Source of the DNA: Okamejei kenojei
Taxonomy: Eukaryota
Direction: 5' to 3'
DNA: 32,822 bases
NCBI GenBank assembly: GCA_035221665.1
Contig: JAVHYY010000873.1
Span: 1-32,822 of the forward strand
The translations under genes were made by a program, and so were the position numbers. Shown here piece by piece: positions 12,441 through 24,000 of the stretch. The stretch's first letter is position 1. Each line of letters opens with the position of its first letter. The notes beneath the pieces were generated by a model that made no database searches, was not told where the DNA came from, and saw only the letters and a list, made by a program, of their open reading frames with translations.

Positions 12441-13029
12441 AAGATCGGCACCTCACCCGGCCTAGGCGCCACGTTTTCAGGGGACTTCTGGGGGGGGGGA
12501 ATTTCAAATGCATTACCCCTGTCAAAGCGTGGGTTTTCTCCGGGTGCTCTGGTTTCCTCCCGCACTCCAGAGATTAGCAGGTTTGTAGGATAATTGGCTT
12601 CTGTCAATTGTCCCAAGTGTTTAGGAGAGAGCTAATATACGGGTACTGTGTGGTGGGTATGGACTCGGTGGGCCAAAGGACCTGCTTCCACGCTGCATCT
12701 AAACTAAACTGCCCCTTGTGTGCAGGGAGTAGATGCACAGGTGATTATTGGTTTGAGTGCGCTGAATCTTTCAATCGATCAATATCCATATGGCAGTTTG
12801 AATAGAAAGACTTTGAACCGCATCTCAGACTGACAGCAGTTAATTCATACTTCGCACAGACCTATTTAAACTGTTTTACTGTTTTTTTATATCTTGTTTC
12901 TCTGGGTGTCTAAATTTTTAGTTAATTAAGTTTTTACATCGGATGGAAGCTGCATACCAAATCCCGTTGTACCTCTGGGCAATGACAATAAAATATTATT
13001 ATTATTATTACTATTATTATTAACCAAGT

Positions 13030-14680
13030 ACAGCGGCAGCTGGTGGTGCTGCCGCCTCACAGAGTCGGTGATCCGGGTTCGACCCCGACTACGGGTACTG
13101 TCTGTGTGGAGTTTGCACTTTCTCCCCGCGGCAATGTGGGGATGTTACAAAACTTACCTTTAGTGGCGCTGCAGTTCTGTCACTGGCCGTGTGCGCGACT
13201 TTGCCGCCTTTGGGGGGGAGAGGGGGGGGGGGGGCGGGGTTAAAATGCGGTTTTCCCTTGCCATCCGGAATTATATTTTCTCGGGGGTGCGAGCTTTTGC
13301 TAAAGATTGGTTCCGACTGCCGGTAAGTGAAAAAAAAAATTTTTAATCGCCCAACTATTTCAGTAAAATAAAAATTAGCTCCTAATGCCATGAACGCGGA
13401 CGGGGACGGATTTTACGTAGGGGACAGGTAAACGAAAGCTGTTTATTTTTTCATACAAACTTGCTTGTTTAGATGACCTTAATCAACATTTCATGTTGCG
13501 AAACGGTGATTTATTTATTCCCCATACGAACCGGCAGTATTTTCCCTGCCGATATGGGGTTTAAATTCACCGCAGCCGCAACGTTCCAATCCATCGCGTT
13601 CCAGAAAATCCCACTCGCAAGCTGATTTAAATGGCCAAAATTTAATGTTGCGAAAAGGTGACTAAAAAAAAATATACGAACCGGCAGTATTTTCCCTGCC
13701 GATATGGGGGTTAAATTCACCGCAAACCGCAACGTTCCAATCCATCGCGTTCCACAAAATCCCACTCGCAAGTTGATTTAAATATCATTAATTTACGGGC
13801 ATTAAACACTAAATTTCTTCAATTTGGCCCATAAATAAATGACAATTAGATTTAAAAATCATGTTATATTGTGAATTCTTGTGTAAATGTTATTTGGACA
13901 CTTAGGCTTTTTAAAAAATGTTAATATTTTCTTAAGAAATGGATAGATGTTTAGATCTAGTAATTGAATTTTGTAATTAGCTACAATTGAGTAACTAACT
14001 AATTATATGCTTTAATTTCAGGTCATCCAAGTAAGATTGTTTCATATTTGTTTCAGAATGCTTCAATCTATAATAACTGAAAATTTCTTTCAGTTCTCTT
14101 AATTTTTTAAGAAAGTTATGGGCTTTTGACTGTCCTCGATCACAGCTTTTGAGTTAAATCAATGGAAAAGCAATAGGGAACAAGATGCTAATTTCCGAGT
14201 ATGAAAATGGCCATAACTTTTTTTAATACTGAAGATATGAAAGTGAATTGGGTGTCAAATTATATCTTTGTATGCTTTATCTGATGGGATAAATTGCAGA
14301 CTTGATTTTTAAAATCTCAAAATGTTGTAACATTGCTAGACAATGTGGGTTTGTCTCCAGATGCTCCGGTTTACTCCCACACTCCAAAGACGTGTCGGTT
14401 TGCCAGTTAATTAGCTTTTGCAAATTGTCTCTAGTGCGTAGGATAGTGCTGGTGTACGGGGCAATCGCCGGTCGGGAGGAAGCCGGAGCCCGAGACCCGG
14501 GATCGATCCCGACAGCGAGCGCTGTGTGTGTGGAGCCTGTATGTTCTCCCCGTGCCTGCGCGGGTTCCGGCTCCGGCCTCCTCTCGCATCCCAAAGAGGC
14601 GTGGGGCTTGTAGATTAATTGTCCCCTCTGCTAATTGTGCCCGGGTGTGTAGGTTGTGAAAGTGGGACAACATAGAACTA
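13030..14680 (+). mobile_element. tRNA-derived SINE split by a DNA transposon, plus an adjacent second SINE (about 14490-14680)
   Basis: Box B ccgggttcgacccc at about 13073; the SINE body resumes at 14341. Confidence 0.65.
13137..14338 (+). mobile_element. Non-autonomous DNA transposon-like element (short TIR, ATGTTACAA core) inserted in a SINE
   Basis: Ends ggggatgttacaaaac and atgttgtaacattgcta, with caatgt repeated at both junctions. Internal 150-bp duplication (13524 vs 13674). An inverted second copy lies at 24001-25528. Confidence 0.75.
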
Positions 14681-14893
14681 GTGCGAGAGGTGGACATAAA
14701 AGTGCTGGAGTAACGGAGTGGGGCGGACCGCATCCCTGGAGACCAAGGATGGATGACGGTTCGGGTCGGGAAGAAGGATCCCAGCCCGGAACCACGCATC
14801 CTTTTCCTCCAGAGATGCTAGCCGATCAGCCGAGTTACCCCAGCACTTTGTGTCTATCTTTCAGATTAGGATCGTCCAGGTTCAGGAACAGCT

Positions 14894-15320
14894 GTGAGTG
14901 TGTGTGTGTGTGTGAGTGTGTGTGTATGTGTGTGAGTGTGTATGTGAGTGTGTGTGTGTGTGTGAGTGTATGTGTATGTGTGTGTGAGTGCGCGTGTGCG
15001 TGGGTGCGTGTGTGTGCGTGGGTGCATGTGTGGGTGCGTGTGTGAGTGTATGTGTGTGTGGGTGCATGTGAGTGTGTGAGTCTGCATGTGTGAGTGGATG
15101 AGTGTGAGAGTGAGTGTGTGAGTGAGTGGATGAGCGTGAGAGTGAGTGTATGTTTGAGTGTGAGTGAGTCTGCGTGTGTGTGTGAGTGAGTGGATGAGTT
15201 TGTGAGTATGCGTGTGTGAGTGTTTGTGTGTGACGTGGAGGGTGTGTGTAGGTGTGAGAGTGTGAGTGTGTGTGTGTGTGTGTGCGTGTGCGTGTATGTG
15301 CGTCTGCGTGTGTGTGTGTA
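14894..15320. repeat. (TG)n/(GAGT) compound microsatellite
   Basis: Seen directly in the sequence. Confidence 0.95.
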
Positions 15321-15574
15321 CTTGTGAGTTGGTATATAGTGGTATATACACTCACTATATATATATATTGTGGTATATGTTTAATCAATCATGTTTTATT
15401 ATTAATGTTTAATGTTTTATGTGTCATTCCTAACTGTCACTATATGTCGTCGTCACTTGCGGGTGGAGCACCAAGGCAAATTTCTTGTATGTGAATACTT
15501 GGCCAATAAACTTATTCATTCATACATTAGATCAGTGGTACATATACACACTGATCTATTTTCTCTCTCTCGTT

Positions 15575-16345
15575 TATTATCTGAATGGTGGCCGATTAGG
15601 AAAAGGGGAGATGCAACGAGACCTGGGTGTCATGGTTCACCAGTCATTGAAAGTAGGCATGCAGGTGCAACAGGCAGTGAAAAAAGCAAATGGTATGTTA
15701 GCATTCAAAGCAAAAGGATTTGAGTATAGGAGCAGGAGTATTTGAGTATACTGCAGTTGTACAGGGTCTTGGTGAGATCACACCTGGAGTATTGCGTACA
15801 GTTTTGGTCCCCTAATCTGAGGAAAGACATTCTTGCCATAGAGGGAGTACAGAGAAGGTTCACCAGACTGATTCCTGGGATGGCAGGACTTTCAAATAAA
15901 GAAAGACTGGATAGACTCGACTTGTACTTGCTAGAATTTAGAAGATTGAGGGGGGATCTTATAGAAACTTACAAAATCCTTATGGGGTTGGACAGGCTAG
16001 ATGCAGGAAGATTGTTCCCGATGTTGGGGAGGTCCAGAACAAGGGGTCACAGTTTAAGGATCAGGGAGAAATCTTTTAGGACCAAGATGAGAAAAACATT
16101 TCTCACTCAGAGAGTGGTGAGTCCAGTCTCTGGAATTCTCTGCCACAGAAGGTAGTCGAGACCAGTTCATTGGCCATATTTAAGAGGGAGTTAGATGTGG
16201 CCCTTGTGGCTAAAGGGATCAGGGGGTATGGAGAGAAGGCAGGTACGGGATACTGAGTTGGATGATCAGCCATGATCATATTGAATGGCGGTGCAGGCTC
16301 GAAGGGCCGAATGGCCTACTCCTGCACCTGTTGTCTATGTTTATC
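15575..16345 (+). mobile_element. CR1 LINE ORF2 3' fragment
   Basis: YYLNGGRLGKGEMQRDLGVMVHQSLK...HLEYCVQFWSP...TRGH. Confidence 0.92.
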
Positions 16346-16482
16346 ATATTATTTACAGAGTACTATGTTTACATATTCTGTTGTGCTGCTGCAAGTAAGA
16401 ATTTCTTTGTTCTATCTGGGACATATGACAATAAAACACTCTTGACTCGTGAACTAAACCAGCGGCCGATTCTGATCCTTAC

Positions 16483-16767
16483 CCCAAACTGCAGTCAGGT
16501 TGTCCGGTATGCTACTGTGTGTGACTTGGCAGGAATAGGTGTCGCCTACTCTGCTGGCGTCAACGGTAAGCTGTAGCCGCATCTGGAACGTCCCGTCAAC
16601 GTTGGCCAGAACGTTGCTCCGCAGCACCTCTCGGTCGATGTCTTTGCCGTTCTGCAGCCAGGTGGTATTGATGTCCCGCGGGTAAAACCCATCCACTCTG
16701 CAGGTCAGGACCAAGGGATGCCCGTGCGCAGTTGGATGCCTGGAGGTTATCGTGATCGCAGGCTTCG
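16483..16767 (-). CDS. WB: MHC W-category-like beta chain, exon 3 (beta2 Ig C1-set domain, class I alpha3-like)
   Basis: Acceptor tttcctgtccacttcag, donor G|GTAAGG, 285 nt, phase 1-1. Canonical C1 motifs LTCRVDGFYPRDINTTW, DGTFQ and YSCQVTHSS. Confidence 0.95.
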
Positions 16768-16921
16768 CTGAAGTGGACAGGAAAAAAAACACAGAGTGTA
16801 AACATGCTCGGCTGTGTCAGGATAATGAATGCCAGCGTGATTTAAGGTATTGGCTTAGTGATACTGGCCCTTCCGCACCGACCAGCGTTCCCTGCACATT
16901 AACACTAGTATTGCCCATTTT

Positions 16922-18650
16922 AGAAACAGAGTAACACAGAAAATAGGTGCAGGAGGAGGCCATTTGGCCCCTCGAGCCAGCACCGCCATTCAATGTGATC
17001 ATGGCTGATCGTCCGCTATCAATAACCCGTGCCTGCCTTCTCCCCATATCTCTTGACTCCACTAGCCCCTAGAGCTCTATCCGATGATGGACTGGGCAGT
17101 TCAATTTACACAAACTGAACCGGCACCGCCATTCATTGTGATCATGGCTGATCATCCCCTATCAATAATAACCTGTGTCTGCCCTCTCCCCATATCCCTT
17201 GACTCCACTAGCCCCTAGAGCTCTATCTAACTCTCTCTTAAATCCATCCAGTGACTTGGCCTCCACTGCCCTCTGTGGCAGGGAACTCCACAAATTCACA
17301 ACTCTCAGAGTAAAAAAGTTTTTTCTCACCTCAGTCTTAAATGGCCTCCCCTTTATTCTAAGACTGTGCGGCCCCTGGTTCTGGACTCACCCAACATTGG
17401 GAACATTTTTCCTGCATCTAGCTTGTCCAGTCCTTTTATAATTTTATATGTTTCTATAAGATTCCCCCTCATCCTTCTAAACTCCAGTGAATACAAGCCT
17501 AGTCTTTTCAATCTTTCCTCATATGACAGTCCCGCCATCCCAGGGATCAATCTCGTGAACCGACGCTGCACTGCCTCAATCACAAGGATGTCCTTCCTCA
17601 AATTAGGAGACCAAAACTGTACACAATACTCCAGATGTGGTCTCACCAGAGCCCTATACAACTGCAGAAGAACCTCTTTACTCCTGTACTGAAATCCTCT
17701 TGTTATGAAGGCCAACATGCCACTAGCTTTCTTCACTGCCTGCTGTACCGGCACGCCAACTTTCAGTGACTGGTGTACAAGGACACCCAGGTCTCGCTGT
17801 AACTCCCCCTTACCTAACCTAACCCCATTGAGATAATAATCTGCCCCCTTGTTTTTGCCGCCAAAGTGGATAACCTCACATTTATCTATATTATACTGCA
17901 TTTGCCACGCATCTGCCCACTCACTCAACCTGTCCAGGTCCCCATGCAACCTCCTAACATCCTCTTCACAGTGAGTTTTGTTTCCTTCTGTTGTCCTATG
18001 AAAGTTTCCCAATCCTCTGGCTTCCGGCTACTCTTTGCTGTGTTATACATCTTTTCTTTTAGTTTTATTCTATTCCTAACTTCTCTTGTCAGCCACGGTT
18101 GCCTCCTACTCCCCTTAGAATCTTTTTTCCTTTTTGGAATGAAATGATCCTGTGTCTACCGGATTATGCCCAGAAATTCCTGCCATTGCTGTTCCACCGT
18201 CATTCCTGCTAATATCCCTTTCCAGTCTACATTGGCCAGCTCCTCTCTCATGCCTTCATAATCCCCTTTGTTCAGCTGCATCACTGCCACTTCCGATTTA
18301 ACCTTCTCCTTCTCAAACTGCAGATTAAAACTAATCATATTATGATCACTACCTCCAAGAGGTTCCTTTGCCTCGAGTTCTCTTATCAAATTTGGATCAT
18401 TGGACAACACTGAATCCAGAATTGCCTTTTCTCTGGTTGGCTCCATTACAAACTGCTCTAAGAATCCATCTCGGAGGCAATCTACAGACTCTATCTTGGG
18501 GTCTGGAATCAACCTGATTTTCCAAGTCTACCTGCATATTGAAATCCCCCATCACCACAGTGGCATTGCCTTTGTTACATGCCAGTTTTAACTCCTGCTG
18601 CAACTTACACCCTACATCCAGGCTACTATTTGGGGGTCTGTAGATAACAC
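16922..18650 (-). mobile_element. CR1 LINE, internally deleted (endonuclease part 17972-18650 fused to the RT C-terminal part and duplicated 3' ends)
   Basis: GVIYRPPNS, VVMGDFN and GGSDHN (APE endonuclease); WADAWQMQYNIDKC...HLEYCVQFWSP. Confidence 0.92.
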
Positions 18651-18734
18651 CAAAACCTGCACTGATGTATAGCACTTGGGTCAACATGAGTTGTTTTTAA
18701 AATGTGCTATACAAATAAAATTGACTGGCTGACT

Positions 18735-18895
18735 GACCCTACACATACTTGGCACAATGTTTTACATTTGCACCAAGCCAATTAGGCTTTGCTTGTCTTT
18801 GGAGTGCAGGAGGAAACCGATGATCTTGGAGAAATCCCAAGCAGGTCATGGGGAGAGCGTTCAAACTCTGCGCAAACATGTAGCCCGTAGTCAGG
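18735..18895 (-). mobile_element. SINE fragment
   Basis: Same family as 3836-4100. Confidence 0.55.
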
Positions 18896-19127
18896 CTTCA
18901 TCCTGGAGAGGGTGAAGCAGAGTAAGAGAGAGCGCCTTTGCAAGAAGCTGGATGGGAGTAGGTCTAGTCCGGATATCACTTGTGAGGACATCTCGGATGC
19001 CCTAGAATGGACTACTCCTCCCTCCCTGCCTCTTGCAGAGACCCTGCTCATCATCTCCGTCAGCCTCCGTACCGCACGCGCGTTGTCCACCAACATTTCC
19101 GCCACCTTCAGCCAGGCAACACCTTAC

Positions 19128-19385
19128 CAGTCTCAGCTCGGATGGCTTCTTTAACCATGTGCGAGACCAACGGCATGCGACGGATGTATCGGGCAACGTT
19201 TTTGACAACTCTCACATTTTTGTTCAGTCCTTCGGCATATGGCTCCGCCAGGGGGTGTTTGGCTACAAACTTGTTCGAGGAGTATTCGAAGCGCATGAAC
19301 TCCTCGCCATCGAATGCAAACCGCAGGACCGTCAGGGAGAAATCATCACCAGTGCAAGAAAAGATCACTTGGCAAACGTGCATCC
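19128..19385 (-). CDS. WB: MHC W-category-like beta chain, exon 2 (beta1 membrane-distal domain, class I alpha2-like)
   Basis: Acceptor ttttctgctcaccag, donor G|GTAAGG, 258 nt, phase 1-1. Encodes GMHVCQVIFSC...RFAFDGEEFMRFEYSSNKFVAKHPLAEPYAEGLNKN...ARYIRR. Aligns by eye to class I alpha2 (GSHTVQRMYGC, QYAYDGKDY) and to class II beta1. Confidence 0.88.
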
Positions 19386-19492
19386 CTGGTGAGCAGAAAA
19401 ATTAATAATCGATGTTCACCACATGCCCTCTTCACCCCACCCTCTTCCCCCCCCTTACCTGCTGCCATCTTCATCCCCCACATAAGATAGAT

Positions 19493-20315
19493 TCTTGAGG
19501 GAGTGCAGCGTAGGTTTACAAGGTTAATACCCGGGATGGCGGGACTGTCATATGCTGAGAGGATGGAGCAGCTGGGCTTGTGCACTCTGGAGTTTAGAAG
19601 GATGAGAGGGTATCTCATTGAAACATATAAGATCGTTAAGGGTTTGGACACGCTGGAGGCAGGAAACATGTTCCCGATGTTGGGGGAGTCCAGAACCAGG
19701 GGCCACACACAGTTTAAGAATAAGGAGTAAAGCCATTTAGAACGGAGACAAGGAGACACTTTCTCTAGCAGAGAGTGGCGAGTCTGTGGAATTCGGGCGG
19801 TGGAGGTCGGTTCTTTGGATGCTTTCAAGAGAGAGCTAGATAGGGCTCTTAAAGATAGCGGAGTCAGGGGATATGGGGAGCAGGCAGGAACGGGGGTACC
19901 CGATTGGGGACGATCAGCCCGTGATCACATTGAATGATTGTTCCCGATGTTGGGGAAGTCCAGGACAAGGGGTCACAGCTTAACGATAAGGGGGAAATCC
20001 TTTAAGACCGTGATGAGAAAGACTTTCTTCACACAGAGAGTGGTGAGTCTCTGGAACTCTCTGCCCACAGAGGGTAGTTGAGGCCAGTTCATTGGCTATA
20101 TTTAAGATGTGAGTTGGATGTGGCCCTTGTGGCTAAGGGGATCAGAGGGTATGGAGAGAAGGCAGGTACGGGATACTGAGTTGGATGATCAGCCATGATC
20201 ATATTGAATGGCGGTGCAGCTCGAAGGGCTGAATGGCCTACTCCCTGCACCTAATTTCTATGTTTCTATGTTTCTATGAATGGTGGTGCTGGCTCGAAGG
20301 GTCAAATGGCCCACT
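19493..20315 (+). mobile_element. Two tandem CR1 3' fragments
   Basis: QRRFTRLIPGMAGLSY...TRGH; second copy from about 19936; (CTATGTTT)n tail. Confidence 0.9.
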
Positions 20316-20359
20316 CCGTCACCCATGCCCTCTTTCACCCCCCCCCTCCAACCTCTTAT

Positions 20360-20815
20360 AAAGTCAAGTCAAGTCAACCTTGTCACATATACACATACAA
20401 GATGAGCAGTGAAATGAAAGTGGCAATGCCTGCGGACTGTGCAAAAACAACAGAACAAATTAGATCAGAGCCAGTATTTACATTTTCTTAAGGCGCAACA
20501 CAACGGTAAATTAGTCTCTGGTGAGATTGGAGTTTGCAGTCCTGACGGCCTGTGGGAAGAAACTCCGTCTCATCCTCTCTGTTTTCACAGCGTGACAGTG
20601 GAGGCGCTTGCCTGACTGTAGCAGCTGGAACAGTACGTTGCTGGGGTGGTAGGGGTCCCCATAATGTTGCTGGCTCTGGATCTGCACCTCCTGGTGTGTA
20701 GGTGCTGCGGGGGGGGGGGGGGGGGGGGGGATGTGGTTCCCATAGTGCGTTCGGCCGAACGCACTACTCTCCGCAGAGCCTTCCTGTCCTGGGCAGAGCA
20801 GTTCCAAAACCAGAT
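20360..20815 (-). mobile_element. Rex1/Babar-like LINE 3' fragment
   Basis: Inverted relative of 7290-7914 (QDRKALRRVVRSAERT; RRSFFPQAVR). Confidence 0.8.
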
Positions 20816-20817
20816 CA

Positions 20818-22615
20818 ACCTCACGCCTCTAACCCTCTCCCTCAAACCCGATCCTCCATCTAAATTCACACTTCTCCTCTCCCTCAGCCCCTTCAACCTC
20901 CTCATCTCTCCACCCTCCAAGCAAAACTCCATCGACTCATACTCTGCCCACGCGCCACCTCTCCCTCCAACCTCTCACTCTCCATCTCCCCCTCAACCCT
21001 CAAACCCTCTCTCCCTCAACCCTCCTCTCTCAACCCGCCCAACCCATCAACCCTTCCACTCCTCTCAACCTCTCTCCCTCACCCTCAACTCTCCACTCAA
21101 ACTCCTCTCCTCAACCTCCTCACCCTCCCTCAACCCTCCTCTCCCTCCCTCCCTCCCCTCCTCTCTCCTCAACCTCTCCTCCTCCCTCAACCCTCCTCTC
21201 CCTCAACCCTCCTCTCAACCCTCCTCTCCCTCCCTCAACCCTCTCTCCCTCACCTCCTCTCCCTCAACCCTCCTCTCCCTTTCAACCCTCCTCTCCCACC
21301 CTCCCCCTCTCCCTCAACCCTCCACTGGCCTCAACCCTCCTCTCCCCTCACCCTCCATCATCCCTCAACCCTCCTCTCCACCCTCCTCTCCCTCAACCCT
21401 CCCATCTCCCTCAACCCTCCTCTCCCTCAACCCTCCTCTCCCTCAACCCCACTCCTCAACCCTCCATCCCACGCTCCCCTCCTCTCCCTCCACCAATCTC
21501 CTCCCTCCCTCTCCCTCAACCCTCCTCTCCCTCCCACCCTCCACCCTCCCTCCCTCACCTCAACCCTCCTCTCCTCAACCCCATCCCCTCCTCTCCTCTC
21601 CCTCAAACCCTCCCTCTCCCTCAACCCTCTCCCTCTCCCTCAACCCTCTCTCTCCCTAACCCTCCTCTCCTCAACCCTCCTCTCCCTCAAACCCTCCTCT
21701 CCCTCAACCCTCCTCTCTCCCTCAACCCTCCTCTCCCTCAAACCCTCCTCTCCCTCAACCCTCCCCCCTCAACCCTCCTTCCCCTCCTCTCCCTCAACCC
21801 TCTCCCTTCCTCTCCCTCAACCTTCTCCTCTCCCCTCAACCCTCCCTCTCCCTCAAACCTCATCCCTCCACCCTCATCTCCCTCCACTCCACTCTCTTCA
21901 TCCCTTCACTCCCCTCTCCTCAACCCTCCTCCCTCAATCCTCCAATCTCTCATCCCTCGTCTCCCTAACCCTCATCCTCCTCCCTCCAACCCTCCTCCTC
22001 CCTCAAACCCTCTCCCCTCCACCCACTCAACCCCTCCTCTCCCTCAACCCCTCCTCTCCCTCCAGCCCCCAACCATCTCCCTCCAACCCTCCTCTCCCTC
22101 AACCCTCCATTCCCTCAACCCTCCTCTCCCTCTCAACCCTCCTCTCCCTCAACCCTCCGACCCTCAACGCCTCCCGTAAACCCCTCTCTCCCTCCCTCCC
22201 TCAACCCTCTCTCTCCTCCTCCAACCATCCTCTCCTCAACCCTCCCTCCTCAACCCTCCTCTCCCTCAACCCTCCCTCCCTCTCCCTCAAACCCTCTCCC
22301 CCTCTCCCTCCCTCAACCCTCCTCCATTCCCTCAACCCCATCTCTCCCTCCCTCAACCTCCTCTCCCTCACTTCCATTCCCTCAACCCTCCTCTCCCTCA
22401 ACCCTCCACTCTCCCTCAACAAAAAACCCTCCGCTCCCTCCAAACCCTCCTCTCTCCCTCCACCCTCCTCTCAACCCTTCCTCTCCCCTCCCCTCTTCTC
22501 CCTCCACCTCCTCTCCCTCCACCCTCCCTCTCCTCTCAAAAACCCTCCCCTTCTCAACCTCCCTGCTCCCTCAACCCTCCTCTCCCTCAACCCTCCTCTC
22601 CCTCAACCCTCCTCC
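20818..22615. repeat. Low-complexity minisatellite (CCCTCAACCCTCCTCT)n in intron 1
   Basis: Degenerate ~16-bp C/T-rich unit over about 1.8 kb. Confidence 0.9.
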
Positions 22616-22619
22616 TCAC

Positions 22620-22731
22620 CCAGAGCCGCCGAGTCGAGCATGAAGAAGAGGAAGAGCAGAGAGAGGAGGAGGCCGCCGCCGCCGCCATTCCCCCGCGGCC
22701 GTCGCCATCGCCGCCGTCCGTTGCCCCTCAT
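22620..22731 (-). CDS. WB: MHC W-category-like beta chain, exon 1 (signal peptide)
   Basis: ATG at 22731 gives MRGNGRRRWRRPRGNGGGGGLLLSLLFLFFMLDSAAL: basic N-region, hydrophobic core, small-residue end. Ends at a phase-1 donor G|GTGAGG in a CpG-rich context. Confidence 0.8.
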
Positions 22732-22751
22732 TTTGGAGGGAAACCTCAACC

Positions 22752-23582
22752 GGGTCGCTGATTGGCCGAGCGGGGGCTTTTCCACCCAGCAACAGCCCCC
22801 GGGTGGTCGCTGATTGCCGAACACAACAGCCCCCGGGTGGTCCTTGATTGGCCGAACGGGGTCTTTTCCACCCAGCAACAGCCCCCGGGTGGTCCTTGAT
22901 TGGCCGAACGGGGTCTTTTCCACCCAGCAACAGCCCCCGGGTGGTCCTTGATTGGCCGAACGAGGGTCTTTTCCACCCAGCAACAGCCCCCGGGTGGTCC
23001 TTGATTGGCCGAGAACGGGGGCTTTTTTCCCCCGTCCACCCAACAACAGCCCCCGGGTGGTCCTTGATTGGCCCGAACGAGGTCTTTTCACCCAGCAAAA
23101 CAGCCCCCGGGTAGGTCCTTGATTGGCCGAACGGGGGTTTTTTTTCACCTGGCAACAGCCCCGGGTGGTCGCTTGATTGGGTGGCCGAGCGAGGGTATTT
23201 TCCACCCAGCAACAGCCCCCGGGTGGTCCTTGATTGGCCGAACGAGGTCTTTTCCACCCAGCAACAGCCCCCGGGTGGTCCTTGATTGGCCGAACGGGGA
23301 CTTTTTCACCTGGCAACAGCCCCCGGGTGGTCCTTGATTGGCCGAACGGGGTCTTTTCCACCCAGCAACAGCCCCCGGGTGGTCCTTGATTGGCCGAACG
23401 AGGTCTTTTCCACCCAGCAACAGCCCCCGGGTGGTCCTTGATTGGCCGAGCGGGGGCTTTTTTTCCACCCAGCAACACCCCGGTGGTCTGATTGGCCCCG
23501 GGGGCTAGTCCTTGATTGGCCGAACGAGGGCTTTTCCACCCAGCAACAGCCCCCGGGTGGTCCTTGATTGGCTGAACGGGGG
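22752..23582. repeat. 52-bp minisatellite (about 16 units) with X1-like (CCCAGCAACAG) and Y/CCAAT-box (GATTGG) motifs; probable promoter region
   Basis: Unit ccccgggtggtccttgattggccgaacggggtcttttccacccagcaacagc recurs at 22831, 22883, 22935 and onward. It starts about 20 bp upstream of the leader ATG. Confidence 0.9.
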
Positions 23583-24000
23583 CTTCCCCCCCCCCCCCTG
23601 TGATCGAGGACAGTCAAAAACCCATAGCTTTCTTAAAAATTAAGAGAACTGAAAGAAATTTTCAGTTATTATAGATTGAAGCATTCTGAAACAAAAATGA
23701 AACAATTTTACTTCGGGACGCGCGCCTTTTCCGACCGTCTTTCCCGCCTTCTTCCCTCTCGCCGGCTTCGCTCAACGCCAGGCGCCGATGGCCGCCCCCC
23801 CCTCCTTCCTCACCTCACGCACGACAGAAAACAAAAAAATGCAAACATCCCCGCCCCGGTCCTGACATATTACTGAACCCGAGCACAAATGTGGGCGGTC
23901 GAAGCTGCAAGCAACGCCAATGCCTTTTGTTGTTTTTTTTTTTAAATTGCTTAAATTCTTCTTCCCTGGCAACATTCAAAATAATGCAAAGCAATAATTG

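Noticed and set aside
14656-15494. His/Thr- and Cys/Val-rich ORFs
   Set aside because: Translations of the (TG)n microsatellite.
18782-19127. ORFs next to the beta1 exon and a strong acceptor-like tract at about 18903
   Set aside because: No recognisable domain; the sequence runs into a SINE and read-through from beta1 stops after a few codons.
16483-19385. Interpretation as a classical class II alpha or beta gene, or as a complete class I gene
   Set aside because: It lacks the class II beta2 Trp and the beta1 disulfide, and the distal domain is alpha2/beta1-like rather than alpha1-like. No alpha1 exon lies between the leader and this exon. Not fully excluded without a phylogeny.
20646-21659. 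337-aa Pro/Ser/Leu-rich ORF
   Set aside because: Low-complexity minisatellite lacking stop codons by composition.
22603-23617. Long overlapping ORFs (291 aa, 213 aa and others), and a possible CRISPR-like array
   Set aside because: They are translations of the 52-bp tandem repeat. There are no unique spacers. Only 22731-22620 behaves as an exon.
23713-23900. Small CpG-rich patch with ATGGCCGCC as an alternative alpha-gene leader
   Set aside because: No hydrophobic signal core and no suitable donor site.
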